Assembly (NCBI GenBank): GCA_965217865.1
Contig: CBDCJO010000002.1
Coordinates: 2,976,001 to 3,040,000, forward strand
Source of the DNA: Candidatus Latescibacterota bacterium
GTDB taxonomy: Bacteria > Latescibacterota > UBA2968 > SICM01
Reading direction: 5' to 3'
Length of the DNA: 64,000 nucleotides
Of this stretch, positions 1 to 10,749 are shown one piece after another. Both the position numbers and the translations under genes were made by a program. Below the pieces are notes generated by a model that was not told the DNA's origin, made no database searches, and worked only from the letters and a program-made list of their open reading frames with translations. Each line of letters begins with the position of its first letter. Position 1 is the first letter of the stretch.

Positions 1-94
1 CTATGAATTTCGGAATTGGGAATGTGGATTCATGTTCTTATTGTTTTCAATCCGTAACCAGAATGAATATATGATATCTCATATGCGGGCAAGC

Positions 95-125
95 AAAAAA
101 AACCCGACGATCGAGGATCGTCGGG
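95..125 (-). terminator. Probable intrinsic terminator of the sigma factor gene
   Basis: Perfect stem CCCGACGATC-gag-GATCGTCGGG (103-125) preceded by A8 on +, i.e. hairpin plus U-tract on -, about 30 bp past the stop at 157. Confidence 0.75.
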
Positions 126-156
126 CAAAGTGCATTCATGGAGTATAATCGGGGGG

Positions 157-1038
157 TCAAGCCTCGGTCAAATATCCCCTGATCCGGTTGACCCTGCTGG
201 GATGCTTCAGGGCGTTGAGGGCTTTGTCCCGGATCTGCCGGATTCGCTCTTTGGTCAATCCGAGGCGTTTGCCGATCACCTCAAGGGTCATCGAATCTTC
301 CCCGGTCAGACCGAAATAGAGGGTGAGGACCTCTGCCTCTCGAGGGGATAGTGAGGCGATGGCGGTCTCCAACTCCTCTGAAAGAAGCTGCTTCATGATG
401 GCTTCATCCGGGGGTGTCTGGCCCTTGTCTTCAAGGATGTCGAGCATGTTTGCGTCGACCGTATCCCTGGCGGGCGCGTCGAGTGACAGATGCCAGCGGG
501 AGGCATGTAGGATGTCCCGGACCTGGCGGATGGAGAGCCCACTTTCTTCTGCAATCTCCTCGGTAGAAGGCTCCCGGCCCAGACGTTGTTTCAGGTTTCG
601 GGAAAGGCGGTCAAGTCGACACAGATGTTTGACCTTGTTAACCGGCAATCGCACCATTCGGGCCTGTCCGGCGAGGGCGGCCAGGATGCTCTGGCGGATC
701 CACCAGACGGCGTAGGTCGTGAACTTGACCCCAACGCTTTCGTTAAATCTACCGGCGGCCTGGACAAGCCCCAGATTCCCCTCGCCGATGAGATCCTCCA
801 GGGGGAGGCCACGTCCCTGATACTCTTTGGCGATGGTGATTACGAACCGGAGGTTGGATTCGACCATCTGATCAAAGCTACCCTGATCGCCCATCCGAAT
901 ACGACGGGCGAGAGACGCCTCCTGCTCCTGCGTCAGGAGGTCATTGGGCGAGATGTCTTTCAAATAGAGGTCGAGGGCGGAGCGATCCTCCCGACCGACC
1001 TGAGAAACATCGGGTTCGACGGCATAGGCTACTGGCAT
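157..1038 (-). CDS. RNA polymerase sigma-70 factor (RpoD/RpoS-like, lacking region 1.1)
   Basis: Region 1.2 LDLYLKDI, region 2 NLRFVITIAKEY/DLIGEGNLGL/KFTTYAVWWIRQ, region 4 TLEVIG..LGLTKERIRQI. Confidence 0.95.
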   Translation of the reverse strand: MPVAYAVEPDVSQVGREDRSALDLYLKDISPNDLLTQEQEASLARRIRMGDQGSFDQMVESNLRFVITIAKEYQGRGLPLEDLIGEGNLGLVQAAGRFNESVGVKFTTYAVWWIRQSILAALAGQARMVRLPVNKVKHLCRLDRLSRNLKQRLGREPSTEEIAEESGLSIRQVRDILHASRWHLSLDAPARDTVDANMLDILEDKGQTPPDEAIMKQLLSEELETAIASLSPREAEVLTLYFGLTGEDSMTLEVIGKRLGLTKERIRQIRDKALNALKHPSRVNRIRGYLTEA

Positions 1039-1237
1039 AAGATCTCCCCCAGTTTTGCGGGTGGTGATCGAAGATGGACTGTTTTATTTCCCGGCCCTTC
1101 CCGCCCGGAAGGAACCGACAGCCATACTTATTGCAAAAGATATACCACCAGGGTACCGATTCGATGTGATCCCCGTCACGGGGAAAAAGACACACCGCCA
1201 AAGGTCCAATGGAGGTTGCTGGGGAGATTAATGCAGT

Positions 1238-1469
1238 GGTGATTATATACTTGATAAAGTCATGATAGTGATGAAGGCTCTGTCTACTCAAACAATCTGT
1301 TGGCAGTCCCCATGCCGACAAATATAGAAACAGGACATCAAAAATCAGGTAAAGAAATCGCTCGAATCGGACGATCTCCGGCCAAAGGACGGGGCATTCT
1401 GCGAAACTTTCGCAAAAAACTCAACATTTTGGGATAAAGCAAATAGCCTTTGTCAAGTATATAATTCCC
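1238..1469. mobile_element. 232-bp MITE, copy 1 (IS1595-family-like ends)
   Basis: TIRs GGTGATTATATACTTGATAAAG / GGGAATTATATACTTGACAAAG; near-identical inverted copy at 12538-12769; no TSD here. Confidence 0.85.
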
Positions 1470-1863
1470 AAAGATATAGCTTTGTCGGGGAGAAGGTGAA
1501 AATATGGGGAAATTTGTTGAGGATTTGATGTGGGGACAAATTATATGGTAGCCGATGAATGGGGTGTTCATCGACGCGTAAGCAAACAAAATAATAAATG
1601 TAAATTCGTTTGTCAACAACTTTGTCAGACTCTCGGTCAAAAATTCATAGCCGTTTCATCTGAAAATCGAAATGGCGATGAATTCATGCTGCAACCTTGA
1701 CCGTCCAAGTAGAAAAAAATTTCCGCCCTGAAGGAAGGAACGGAGCGGTCTGCCCTTGTTTGTGATGGGGGTCACATGATGTTTTGATTGGAGAAAGAGG
1801 GGATTAAAAACAGAGAGGAAGGGAGGGTTTTGGGTGCCGGGGTGACACCGGTCCTCAAAAAAA

Positions 1864-4338
1864 CTAGAAGTTGGTCTGAATGCCCGCGGTGAAGCTGCGC
1901 GGAAGACCCGGCCGGACTCCGGCCGGACGCCGGGCGACGATGTATGTCCGATCCGTCAGGTTCCGAACCCTGACGAAGAACTTGGCGTTTGAAGAGATGG
2001 CCGCCTCGCCCGAGGAATCGATTACCAGATGCGCATCGGTGCTTTCCGAGGAGGTGAAAACACCCGCACCGGCCTTCGTGCGCATCCTTCCGACATAGTT
2101 GGCCTTCAGATTGATTCCCCATCGGTGGCCTTCCAGTCCGATGCTGGAAGAAAGCTGATGGGAGGGCAGATAGGGAAGCCCAAACCCGGCGGTCACCGTT
2201 CCCCAGGGACCGAAGTCACTCTTGAAGTCGTTCTTGAAATCCGCAGATGTATAGGTGTAGGCGAAACGGAGAGGAATGGAATACTGTACAGCTTTTCCGA
2301 AATCGTATCCTATCGAGAGTTCCAGGCCTTTTACATCGACCTCCCCCCCGTTGAACAGGTCTCCCTGACTTTGGCCGCCGGCCGAAGCCAGGTCCGACCC
2401 AAGAAGATTGTCATAGTCGTTGAAGAAGACGACCCCGTATGCTTCCAAGGCTTTCTCCTGGACCCGTATGCCCCATTCATAGTTGATGCTTTCTTCGGGC
2501 TTGGTCTCCTTCTTGGAGCCGGGGGGAGAAAATCCCTTGTGAACCCCTACGAAGGTGTTGAAGCCTGGTGTGAATTTATAGTTCAGGCCCATGCCGGGGA
2601 TCCAAACGCTCACATTGTTCTGGCGGGTGCTCATTGACGAACCGGTACGGCCCGGATCGGCCACTCCGTAGTCCTTCCGCTCGATTCGAATGTCCTCGAA
2701 ACGGAGGCCGGGAATGGCCGTAAAATTGCCAAATGCCAGTTGGTCCTGGATGAAGATCGCCCAGGCCTTGGCCGACTCGATCCGGTTGCTTTCCGTCCCC
2801 CTCGTGCCGGACTTTGTGAGCTTCATCACGCGGTTATCCATTCGAAATTTGTCGACCCACTGGAATCTGTCCATTTCGTCCTGATGGTAACGAATGCCGA
2901 TTTCCAGTTCATTGGATATCCCACGGCGGCCGTACCGAACACCGAGAATGGATTGGATCCCCTGAGAATAATATTCGCGATTGTTGGCTTTCACCTCGAG
3001 CGCATCGTCATTGGGGCTGGTCGTTCCCGTCACGATCGAATATTCCGCCCCAAAGGTTTCAGGGTCCGCAAGGATACTGGAGATGCGCTGACCCTTCCCC
3101 CCAGACGTGACCTTGACCTTGTCCAGTTTGTACCAGTTGCGCTTGAACTCGTTCCGGTAAAAAGTCGTCGTGATGTCCAGGACGGGGTTGGGCAGGACAA
3201 AATAACGGGCCTGGAATTGGCGGTGCTGTGCGTCCAACCGGTCATTCTGTGATGCGGCGTAGCGCCGATAGGGGTTCTGGTTGAAGTCCGCATCGGTCAG
3301 CCCAAGATAAGTCTGGTTTGAGATTTCATCCGTCTGGCCGATTTTGAGGGTCAGCTTTTGATAGAACCGATCGTCCGGATCCGTATTCACCCGGAACTTG
3401 ACCATGTAGTCTTTTTTATCAAAACCGGTATCTCCTCCGCCGTCGAGCTTTTTAAAACCATCGACATTCGTCAGATAAGTTTCCGCAAGCCAACCAAAGT
3501 TCCTGTAGGAGTCACCTAATTTCGCCTGGACCTGCCGCTCCCCATCCTGCCCAACGGTCAGGTTGAAACGTCCTCCGAGTGTGTAGGGGATCCGAGCGGA
3601 GATCAGATTTAAGGCCCCTCCGGTCGTGTACGGACCGTACTTGATCTGACTCGAACCCTTCCGGACTTCGACCCCCTCCATGCGACCGGGGGTCGGAAAG
3701 TAGTAGGCCGCTGGGGCGGCATAGGGGGCCGGGGCTATCAGGACCCCGTCCTCCATGAGCGTGATCTTCTCGCTGCGCTCAACACCTGTACCGCGCATGC
3801 CTATATTGGGACGAAGGCCGTATCCGTCCTCCTCCTGAATATTGATTCCGGGGATTTCTCGGAGGACCCGGTGGATGTCGTTGTCTCCGTGCCTCCCCAG
3901 GGACTCCGCACCGATATAATGGGCAGAACCTGGGATTCCCCCGATCTTGTTAGGGTCCCCGACCACGGTAACACGGAGCTCCGAAAGCTCAATAGGCTGA
4001 ACCTGAAGGATCAAGGTGAGCGTTATGTCTTCATTTTTCCCGACCACAATAATTTGACGAGCGGTCTGAAATCCGATTCGGCTGAAGAGCAGTGTGTAGG
4101 TTCCCGGAGGGACGGGGTGGATAGAAAATCCGCCCGATTTGGATGTCACTGCCCCGAAGGAGGACCCTTCGATCGAAACGTTGACATTGCTGAGGGGGGT
4201 TCCCTCTTGTGACGTAACGGTTCCCTCAATCCGTGAGACGGACTCCCCGGCTTGAACGAGGAGCGGTGTGCTGAATAGAGACAAGGACAAGGAGACCAGA
4301 ACCGAAGAAATAGTTAGACCTCCCGGAAAAAGTTGCAT
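1864..4338 (-). CDS. TonB-dependent receptor, FecA-like iron uptake
   Basis: Signal peptide, N-terminal carboxypeptidase-regulatory-like domain, plug (EEDGYGLRPNIGMRG, EVRKGSSQIKYGP), C-terminal Phe. Confidence 0.9.
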   Translation of the reverse strand: MQLFPGGLTISSVLVSLSLSLFSTPLLVQAGESVSRIEGTVTSQEGTPLSNVNVSIEGSSFGAVTSKSGGFSIHPVPPGTYTLLFSRIGFQTARQIIVVGKNEDITLTLILQVQPIELSELRVTVVGDPNKIGGIPGSAHYIGAESLGRHGDNDIHRVLREIPGINIQEEDGYGLRPNIGMRGTGVERSEKITLMEDGVLIAPAPYAAPAAYYFPTPGRMEGVEVRKGSSQIKYGPYTTGGALNLISARIPYTLGGRFNLTVGQDGERQVQAKLGDSYRNFGWLAETYLTNVDGFKKLDGGGDTGFDKKDYMVKFRVNTDPDDRFYQKLTLKIGQTDEISNQTYLGLTDADFNQNPYRRYAASQNDRLDAQHRQFQARYFVLPNPVLDITTTFYRNEFKRNWYKLDKVKVTSGGKGQRISSILADPETFGAEYSIVTGTTSPNDDALEVKANNREYYSQGIQSILGVRYGRRGISNELEIGIRYHQDEMDRFQWVDKFRMDNRVMKLTKSGTRGTESNRIESAKAWAIFIQDQLAFGNFTAIPGLRFEDIRIERKDYGVADPGRTGSSMSTRQNNVSVWIPGMGLNYKFTPGFNTFVGVHKGFSPPGSKKETKPEESINYEWGIRVQEKALEAYGVVFFNDYDNLLGSDLASAGGQSQGDLFNGGEVDVKGLELSIGYDFGKAVQYSIPLRFAYTYTSADFKNDFKSDFGPWGTVTAGFGLPYLPSHQLSSSIGLEGHRWGINLKANYVGRMRTKAGAGVFTSSESTDAHLVIDSSGEAAISSNAKFFVRVRNLTDRTYIVARRPAGVRPGLPRSFTAGIQTNF

Positions 4339-4437
4339 TTGATGGTTCTCCTGAGCTTTTATAGAAACGGATTGTAAAAAACGGGAATTATCCCTTTGTG
4401 GTTTTGTCGCGGGTTATTGAGAACTGCGAAAGGTGCA

Positions 4438-4456
4438 ATTGAGACTCATTCTCAAT
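4438..4456. promoter_or_regulatory. Fur-box-like site
   Basis: 19-bp near-palindrome ATTGAGACTCATTCTCAAT 100 bp upstream of the receptor start. Confidence 0.6.
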
Positions 4457-4572
4457 AAGCGGCATGAACATAAGGAAACCAATTTGGTTTGTCAACTCCT
4501 TTTTTGGAACTTGCGGTACGGGAAAAATACGATAAGGTTTTAATTCTTATGATAATAGGCCATCGGAAAAAA

Positions 4573-4603
4573 CTTATTGAGATTGAGACTCAATCTCAAT
4601 AAG
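4573..4603. promoter_or_regulatory. 31-bp palindrome, extended Fur-like operator
   Basis: CTTATTGAGATTGAG-A-CTCAATCTCAATAAG (perfect 15-1-15), built from ATTGAG hexamers. Confidence 0.6.
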
Positions 4604-4946
4604 GTCAAAGACAAATCATAGAAATGCCAATCTTTTCTGATATAACCCCTGACTTGGTGGAGAGTTGGGTTTAATTTCCTATGTTAATCGTATGCAGACC
4701 CTACGCCAGAAATTCAAAAGAACGCCTAAGGTTTATATTGTAGGATCTAAATGGCAGATTTTTCAATGGTATAAATCCTATTCATTTTGAGAACGGTCCT
4801 GTTCGGTCGAAAAATAATCTCCCATGTTGGGACATGACTGACTGTCACATAAGGCGAGCCCCATGTCTCAAAGGGTCAGGCTCAGGCTAAAAGGATTTGA
4901 CATCCTGGCCTTGTTTCGTATGCTGATGGAAATGGGTTCCAGACTT

Positions 4947-5564
4947 ATGAAAGCAACGAACAATAAGAACCGTGGACTCCACGCGGCTGTCTTCCTGGAT
5001 CGGGACGGAACCCTAAACGAAGACCCCGGGTTCATCAGCAGGCCGGACGAGCTGATTCTTTTTCCAGGGGTGGTGGAAGCGGTACGGTCCCTGCAAGAGT
5101 CGGGTTACCTTGTTGTTGTGGTGACCAATCAATCCGGGATTGCGCGGGGTTACTTCACGGAGGGGGATCTCAAAGCCGTCCATCGGAAATTGAGGGATGA
5201 GATCGTTGCGGGCGGCGGAAGTCTTGATGGAATCTATCATTGCCCCCATCATCCGATTGCGGGGGAAGGGGTACTTACGCGTTCATGCTCCTGCCGAAAA
5301 CCCGCGCCCGGCATGATTTACGAGGCGTCAAAAGATCTTAAAATCGATCTGAAAAGATCGTTTATGGTCGGAGATAAGCTTGAGGATCTCGAGGCGGGAA
5401 GATGCGCGGGGTGCCGGACCGTTCTGGTCCGAACCGGCCTGGGGGAAGAGGCACTGAAGGAGGTCAATCGAAAGGGAGGTACACAACCCGACAAGGTCGT
5501 GATGACCCTGCAGAACGCGGTCCGATGGATCAGAGGTCAGGGGATTGAAGATATTGAAGATTGA
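4947..5564 (+). CDS. gmhB: D-glycero-D-manno-heptose 1,7-bisphosphate phosphatase (HAD IIIA)
   Basis: FLDRDGTLN, VVTNQSGIARG, CPHHP..CSCRKP, MVGD; start chosen at MKATNN. Confidence 0.85.
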   Translation: MKATNNKNRGLHAAVFLDRDGTLNEDPGFISRPDELILFPGVVEAVRSLQESGYLVVVVTNQSGIARGYFTEGDLKAVHRKLRDEIVAGGGSLDGIYHCPHHPIAGEGVLTRSCSCRKPAPGMIYEASKDLKIDLKRSFMVGDKLEDLEAGRCAGCRTVLVRTGLGEEALKEVNRKGGTQPDKVVMTLQNAVRWIRGQGIEDIED

Positions 5565-6060
5565 GGATTGAAGATTGGAGCGAGAACCATAGGACCACAA
5601 GAAAGCCCTGAGTGTTCAAATATTCAATTTTCAATGAAGTTTGGGGATTGAAGATTGGGAATCGGAGGTCAGAGGGCAGAGGTCGGAAAAGTCAAGAGAA
5701 AGGCAGGATCGGGGGCCAGAGGTCAGGGGATAATCAAATCGAGTGGCACAAACAAATTTTCCACTCGCGTGGAAAATTGAATGAAAACATTAATTATTTG
5801 ATATATATGAAGTTAGTGTGACTTAAAATCGGAAAAATAAAGTCGAGCCTCTTGATTCTGACATCGGAAAGCAGGTGCAATTGGCAGCGGCAGAAAATGC
5901 ATAGGCAGGGGTCGGAGGTAGGAAAAGCCGTCAAAAGTGAAACGTGAGCGGGAAAAGCGGTTGCAGTGGCAGGAAAAGCCAGGGGTCAGAAGTCGGGGGA
6001 AAGGAAGGCTCAGATATTCAATATTCAATGAATTCGGGACTGAAGATTGGAAGAGGCAGA
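5535..6060. repeat. Mosaic heptamer-repeat region
   Basis: ATTGAAG and GGTCAGA/G units; core CCATAGGACCACAAGAAAGCCCTG..AATATTCAAT shared with about 52715, 52820 and 62820; GCAGTGGCAGGAAAAGC shared with about 52510 and 52610. Confidence 0.7.
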
Positions 6061-6094
6061 GATCCCGATTTTAGTCGGTAAGCAGAGTCAGGGG

Positions 6095-6754
6095 TTATGT
6101 GGACGATTGTTGGCTCGGCGCAGCCAGAAGGCCCTTTTTTTGCTCCGCTTCGTCGGCAGCTATGATTGCCCGAACATTCAGGGCTTTTTTCATCATCAGG
6201 CTTATCGTCGCCTGATGGTTAAATCCGCAGGGGAACCTCAACCGGTCGGTCGAGTCGTCCACCCGTTCCATCCCCAACAGTTTGGCGAGACCTGCGGAGT
6301 AGGTTTTCACGCGTCTTTCCAGTCCCTCTGGTTGACCGTCTGCGCTCACGGTGTAGGTCCAATGCCCTTCACCATCCTGTTCGGGGTCTACCACGAGGTT
6401 CCGGCCCGTCTTTTTTTCGTAGACGGTCAAAGGTCCGGGTTCTGTAGGGGTCGCCGGATCGAGCATGACAACCTCGTTAAATACCCTCTTGATCGCTATT
6501 TCGTGCAATTCCCAGCAGGGAAACCGGACGACATGACCGGGCCCGGCAAATGGTTCCAAACCTCCTAAAGCCGTCAACAAGTCGGAGCAGTTTTTCAACC
6601 GATCGTCAGCACCCGGTGCCTTGCTGTAGGTATTGAGTGTGAACAGGTGGCCCTCCTCACTCTCCCGTACGTGAAGGGCGATGGAGATCTCCTGATAGTA
6701 TTTGTCCATCGAGATGAGGTCGATATATCGGCCCAGGTTCACGATCCGACTCAT
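6095..6754 (-). CDS. Hypothetical protein with internal duplication
   Basis: 219-aa ORF with GGAG RBS; two RFPC-x3-H motifs. Confidence 0.7.
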   Translation of the reverse strand: MSRIVNLGRYIDLISMDKYYQEISIALHVRESEEGHLFTLNTYSKAPGADDRLKNCSDLLTALGGLEPFAGPGHVVRFPCWELHEIAIKRVFNEVVMLDPATPTEPGPLTVYEKKTGRNLVVDPEQDGEGHWTYTVSADGQPEGLERRVKTYSAGLAKLLGMERVDDSTDRLRFPCGFNHQATISLMMKKALNVRAIIAADEAEQKKGLLAAPSQQSST

Positions 6755-6883
6755 GGGTTATCTCCGGTTTTTAAACTGCTTATATTCCTATATTTGCATC
6801 ATCGTTAAAAGGTATGCATGGATGTCTTCCCGTGTCAAGCTTTTTTCAAAACCGGGGTCAAGCAGGACATCTTTTCGTTATGA

Positions 6884-7798
6884 TTAGAGACAGATTCGTG
6901 AAAGGAACTCCGGTACGCCCCGGATTCCGAGTTTCAGTCTGAACAAGGCCCCCGACCCCGGGCCTTGTTCCTCTTTGTTGTTTCCACCGATTGTGGTGAC
7001 GTAGATTTCGTCCAGATTTTCACCTCCGAATGTGAGGCTGGAGACAATCCGGGCGGGAAACCGGATGACTATGTCTTCCATCCCTTCCCTGGAGTATCGA
7101 TACAAAGCGGAATCCCCGGCACGGGCAGACCAGATAAAACCGTCGGCGTCAACAGTCATCCCATCCGGAAAGCCATGGCCGTCCGGAGTCTCAACGAACA
7201 CACGCCTGTTGGAGATGGCTCCGGTTTCCGCCTCGTAGTCGAACAGGTAGATCTTCAAGACCATGGAGTCGGTGAAGAACATCCGCTTGCGATCGGATGT
7301 GAAGGCCATCCCGTTCGGGGTGCAAAGGCCATCCAGAATTTGGGTGATGGACCCATCGGGGTCCAGTCGGTATAACCTTCCAAGTCGCTCTCCGGCCAAT
7401 GCCCGTTTTTCATTCATGGGCATGGTCCCGCAAAAGACCCGCCCCGCCGGGTCGGCAATGACGTCGTTGAAGCGATTCTCCTCTTCCCCGGGGATCTCCT
7501 CGATGACATAACGCAATTTCCCCTCCCGCAAGACCGCCACCGATCCCTTCTCCATAAACAGGAGGAGCCCCCCGTCCTCCTGAATCGTAAATCCTCCGAT
7601 CCAGTCGACCTCGTAGAAAAGGTCGTGTTTTCCCGTGGCCGGATCGAACCAGTAGAGCCTACCGTTCGGGATGTCTACCCAGTAGAGTCGCTTTTCCATT
7701 GAGTGCCACAGGGGACCTTCGCCCGTATCATTCCGATAGTCGGCAATCAGTTCAGGTTCCAAAGGTTTTCTCCTGGTGTTAGAATCTCTTGAAATCAT
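6884..7798 (-). CDS. SMP-30/gluconolactonase/LRE family protein
   Basis: GEGPLW, LYWVDI, RFNDV..DPAGR, PNGMAF, PDGMTVD motifs. Confidence 0.92.
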   Translation of the reverse strand: MISRDSNTRRKPLEPELIADYRNDTGEGPLWHSMEKRLYWVDIPNGRLYWFDPATGKHDLFYEVDWIGGFTIQEDGGLLLFMEKGSVAVLREGKLRYVIEEIPGEEENRFNDVIADPAGRVFCGTMPMNEKRALAGERLGRLYRLDPDGSITQILDGLCTPNGMAFTSDRKRMFFTDSMVLKIYLFDYEAETGAISNRRVFVETPDGHGFPDGMTVDADGFIWSARAGDSALYRYSREGMEDIVIRFPARIVSSLTFGGENLDEIYVTTIGGNNKEEQGPGSGALFRLKLGIRGVPEFLSRICL

Positions 7799-7838
7799 GA
7801 ATATATCGGGGATTCGTTCAACAATCAGGGAAACGGGG

Positions 7839-8342
7839 TTAGATTGCTTCGGAAGAAAAGTTGGGGCCGCCTGAAGGGGGAAGCTGCATCAGTTCGATGG
7901 TTATCCCGTCCGGGTCACGAAGGTAGCATGCTCGGCCTCCTTCATAGGGTCCGATTGGGATGACGACGGGCTCCGAACTCCGGAATTCCACGCCCTGTGC
8001 TTGGAGACGTGCATACACCTCATCGAGATCGTCCACAATGAGACATAGATGTGCATTGCCTGCGTTGTAAGTTTCCATGTCCACCAGGGCCCCCGGGGGT
8101 TTACGATATTCAATAAGTTCGAGGATCAGGCCGCTTTCGTCGAGGTTAAAAAACGCAGCGTCGAGTTCGATGTCCTCGTAGCCGACGAGGTTCCCGATAT
8201 AACCTTCCCGGTAGAGCCTTTTCATGAGAGGTTCACTCTGTAGCAGCATTTGATAAAAACGAATAGCCCGTTCGAGGTTCGAGACCGTGAACCCAACGTG
8301 ATCCAGACCGGACTTTCCGCTCACGATCCTATGGCTCGGCAT
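7839..8342 (-). CDS. VOC/glyoxalase family protein
   Basis: DHVGFTVSNLERAIRFY, ELIEY, HLCLIVDD, YLRDPDGITIEL. Confidence 0.9.
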   Translation of the reverse strand: MPSHRIVSGKSGLDHVGFTVSNLERAIRFYQMLLQSEPLMKRLYREGYIGNLVGYEDIELDAAFFNLDESGLILELIEYRKPPGALVDMETYNAGNAHLCLIVDDLDEVYARLQAQGVEFRSSEPVVIPIGPYEGGRACYLRDPDGITIELMQLPPSGGPNFSSEAI

Positions 8343-8390
8343 CCCTTACCTTTCATGTCAGCGACCTAGCCTTGATTAGGGCGAAAGTCC

Positions 8391-9446
8391 TCAATCCCAC
8401 CTCCGCAATGAATCAGAAGCCGCGAGTCCAGCGTCCTGCCCGAGGGCGAAGGCCGTAGCGATTAGGTTTCGTTCGCCGGACACGATGTCCCCCGCGGCGA
8501 ACAGCCCCTTGATTTTATTCCCTTTTGAATCGAGGAGCCCTCGATCCCTGTCCACCACGATCAAACCTTCTCCGTCCTTCTGATAGTCCCATCCTTCCAG
8601 GAAGCGCGTGTTGGGCTTCAGACCTTCGTCTACCAGAAACCCGTGAAAGAAGCGTTCCTTCCCACCCTCCAGCTCAAGGCCGAGGAGATCGGTTCCTTTG
8701 CCGATGTGGCGAATGATCTTCTCCTCGACGATTTCGATTCCCCTTTCGCGGACCTTCCCAAGGACTTCCGACGACATTCCGTTTGGTCTTCCGTTGGTAA
8801 GGATGGTGATCTTGTGGGTAAAATCCTGGGCCCCAACTGCAGCCTCATAGATATAATCGCCCACGCCCAAGATGGCCAAAGACTCGTCTACGTGCAGGTG
8901 TCCATCACATCGTATGCACGTGTGCCATCCGCGAGCGTTTCCAGCATACCGGAAGACAGTTTTGTGGCGACGATACATCCGTTCCGCAGATTCATCCACC
9001 TCAATATCAGGCCAGACATCCTCAAAACCGGTTGCGATCACAATCGTTCTTCCGTAAAAGTGTTCAACTTTTTTCTCCTCCGCCCGTAGCGGCGATACCG
9101 AGGTCTGGAGGTCAAAGGGTCCGTCTTCATTCCGGGACAACTTCAGGACCATGCCCCCCCGGTAGTCGATCCCAACCATCCGCGACTCCCCGGCGATCGT
9201 GACCCCCTTGACAGGACGTTCCGCCACCCACTCGTGCAGCCGTTTGATCAGTTGAGGGCCGGTCAGACCCTCGAAGATGGGGACGTCTTCAAACCGGACG
9301 CTTTTGGACCAGTATGCTCGACCTTTTTTTTTGCTGATTGGTCCGGAATCCAGGATCAGGGCGTGCCGCATCTGATGGGCGACGCTGACGGCAGCCTGAC
9401 ATCCGGCGGGTCCGGCCCCTATGACCATGACATCATATATATCCAT
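8391..9446 (-). CDS. Thioredoxin-reductase-like FAD/NAD(P) oxidoreductase
   Basis: VIGAGPAG, IATG, redox CIRCDG, GLFAAGD; start chosen at MDIYDV. Confidence 0.85.
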   Translation of the reverse strand: MDIYDVMVIGAGPAGCQAAVSVAHQMRHALILDSGPISKKKGRAYWSKSVRFEDVPIFEGLTGPQLIKRLHEWVAERPVKGVTIAGESRMVGIDYRGGMVLKLSRNEDGPFDLQTSVSPLRAEEKKVEHFYGRTIVIATGFEDVWPDIEVDESAERMYRRHKTVFRYAGNARGWHTCIRCDGHLHVDESLAILGVGDYIYEAAVGAQDFTHKITILTNGRPNGMSSEVLGKVRERGIEIVEEKIIRHIGKGTDLLGLELEGGKERFFHGFLVDEGLKPNTRFLEGWDYQKDGEGLIVVDRDRGLLDSKGNKIKGLFAAGDIVSGERNLIATAFALGQDAGLAASDSLRRWD

Positions 9447-10749
9447 AACGCTCGAGGACGACTCGCTTGGGTCAAAAAGAGAAAAAGCCCGAATACGGGC
9501 TTTTGGACAGGGTAGCACCTAAACTTCCAGGGTAAAGCCGGGGCGAACGAGTGCCCCAAGGTTATCCTCGATAATAACGCTCATCGTTCGATCTGAAGAC
9601 CGTTCTATATGTCAACACACGAGACCCGGTCCCTGGGACGTTATCTCGTTTTGGAGACTTTTCCGCGTGAACCCCGGTCCATGAACGGTTTGGATACCGG
9701 TCCCCAGGCCTCCCCACACGACACTGCTGTTTTCCGGACTGTCGATTGTCAAAGGCTTTGACCGAATGGCCAGGTATGATGGCCGAATCTTCTCCCATTT
9801 GGCGGCCTGGGCCTCTCGGGAAGCCGAGGCTTTTTCTTTAAGAAGACTCAGCATAGAAATGATTCCCTCCCTTGTCTTGATTTCCCTCATGGAGAGGACT
9901 TCAAATATCTCTCTGGGTGAGAGTTCGTAGGCATCCTTGCCGCGGATATTGAAACCCTTTCCAGTCAGGTAATTTACGAGCGACTCGCGCTTCAAGTTCT
10001 GTGCAACTCGTTCGTCGTCGACTCCGAAGGCGTCGACGACATCTTCTTTGCTCCGATCATTGACCAGTTCATTGAGTGTTTCCCCTGATTCCCGCATCAC
10101 CTTCCAGGGTGACCACTAACTTCCTCCAGAAGCGGCGATTCGGTCGACTGTTTCCCGGAGTACGACCCTTGTTCGAGCGAGTCGTTGCTCCCTGGAGGAT
10201 GGGGCAGCGGCGTCCTGGCGGGCTCGCTCAAAATCCTCGAGTTCGGTTTCGCGGATGACGGTTTCGTCGAGAGACTCGGGCATGGGTTCGATTTCCATCT
10301 CGGGTTTTGCAGCTTCTGGTTCAACCGGCGGGGTTTCCATGGCCATATCCGGCTCCAGGATCTCCGGGGGTTCTGATGTCAGGAATTCAGGCATTGGAAA
10401 AACGGAGGTCAAATCACCGGTCCTGTTCAACTTCTCTTTTGCCCAGATCGCCCAGATACAGATGCCGACCAGGAAGAGGGCTAAAACGCCTAAAAGCATC
10501 CTCTTTTTCCTGGGCTTTCTCGGGATTAACCTTCCCTCTTCGGCCAATCTCTTTTGTGCCCCGCGGGCAAGGTCGGGGGATCTCCAGATGGGAGAAGATC
10601 CTTTTCGGGTTGGTTCACTGAGGATCTCCGCGGCGGTTGGATCGGATTCCACCCGGCTCCTTTCGGATCTCGTACCCGTCGCCCCGACTGCCCCGGCGGC
10701 GACCATGCTCGCGATTTCCGCCCTTTTTTCGTCCCCAAAGGATGGTTCT

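Noticed and set aside
10116-10118. In-frame TAG as a pyrrolysine codon, given the nearby corrinoid operon
   Set aside because: The host gene is not a methylamine methyltransferase, has other lesions, and no pyl genes are in the window; a nonsense mutation is simpler.
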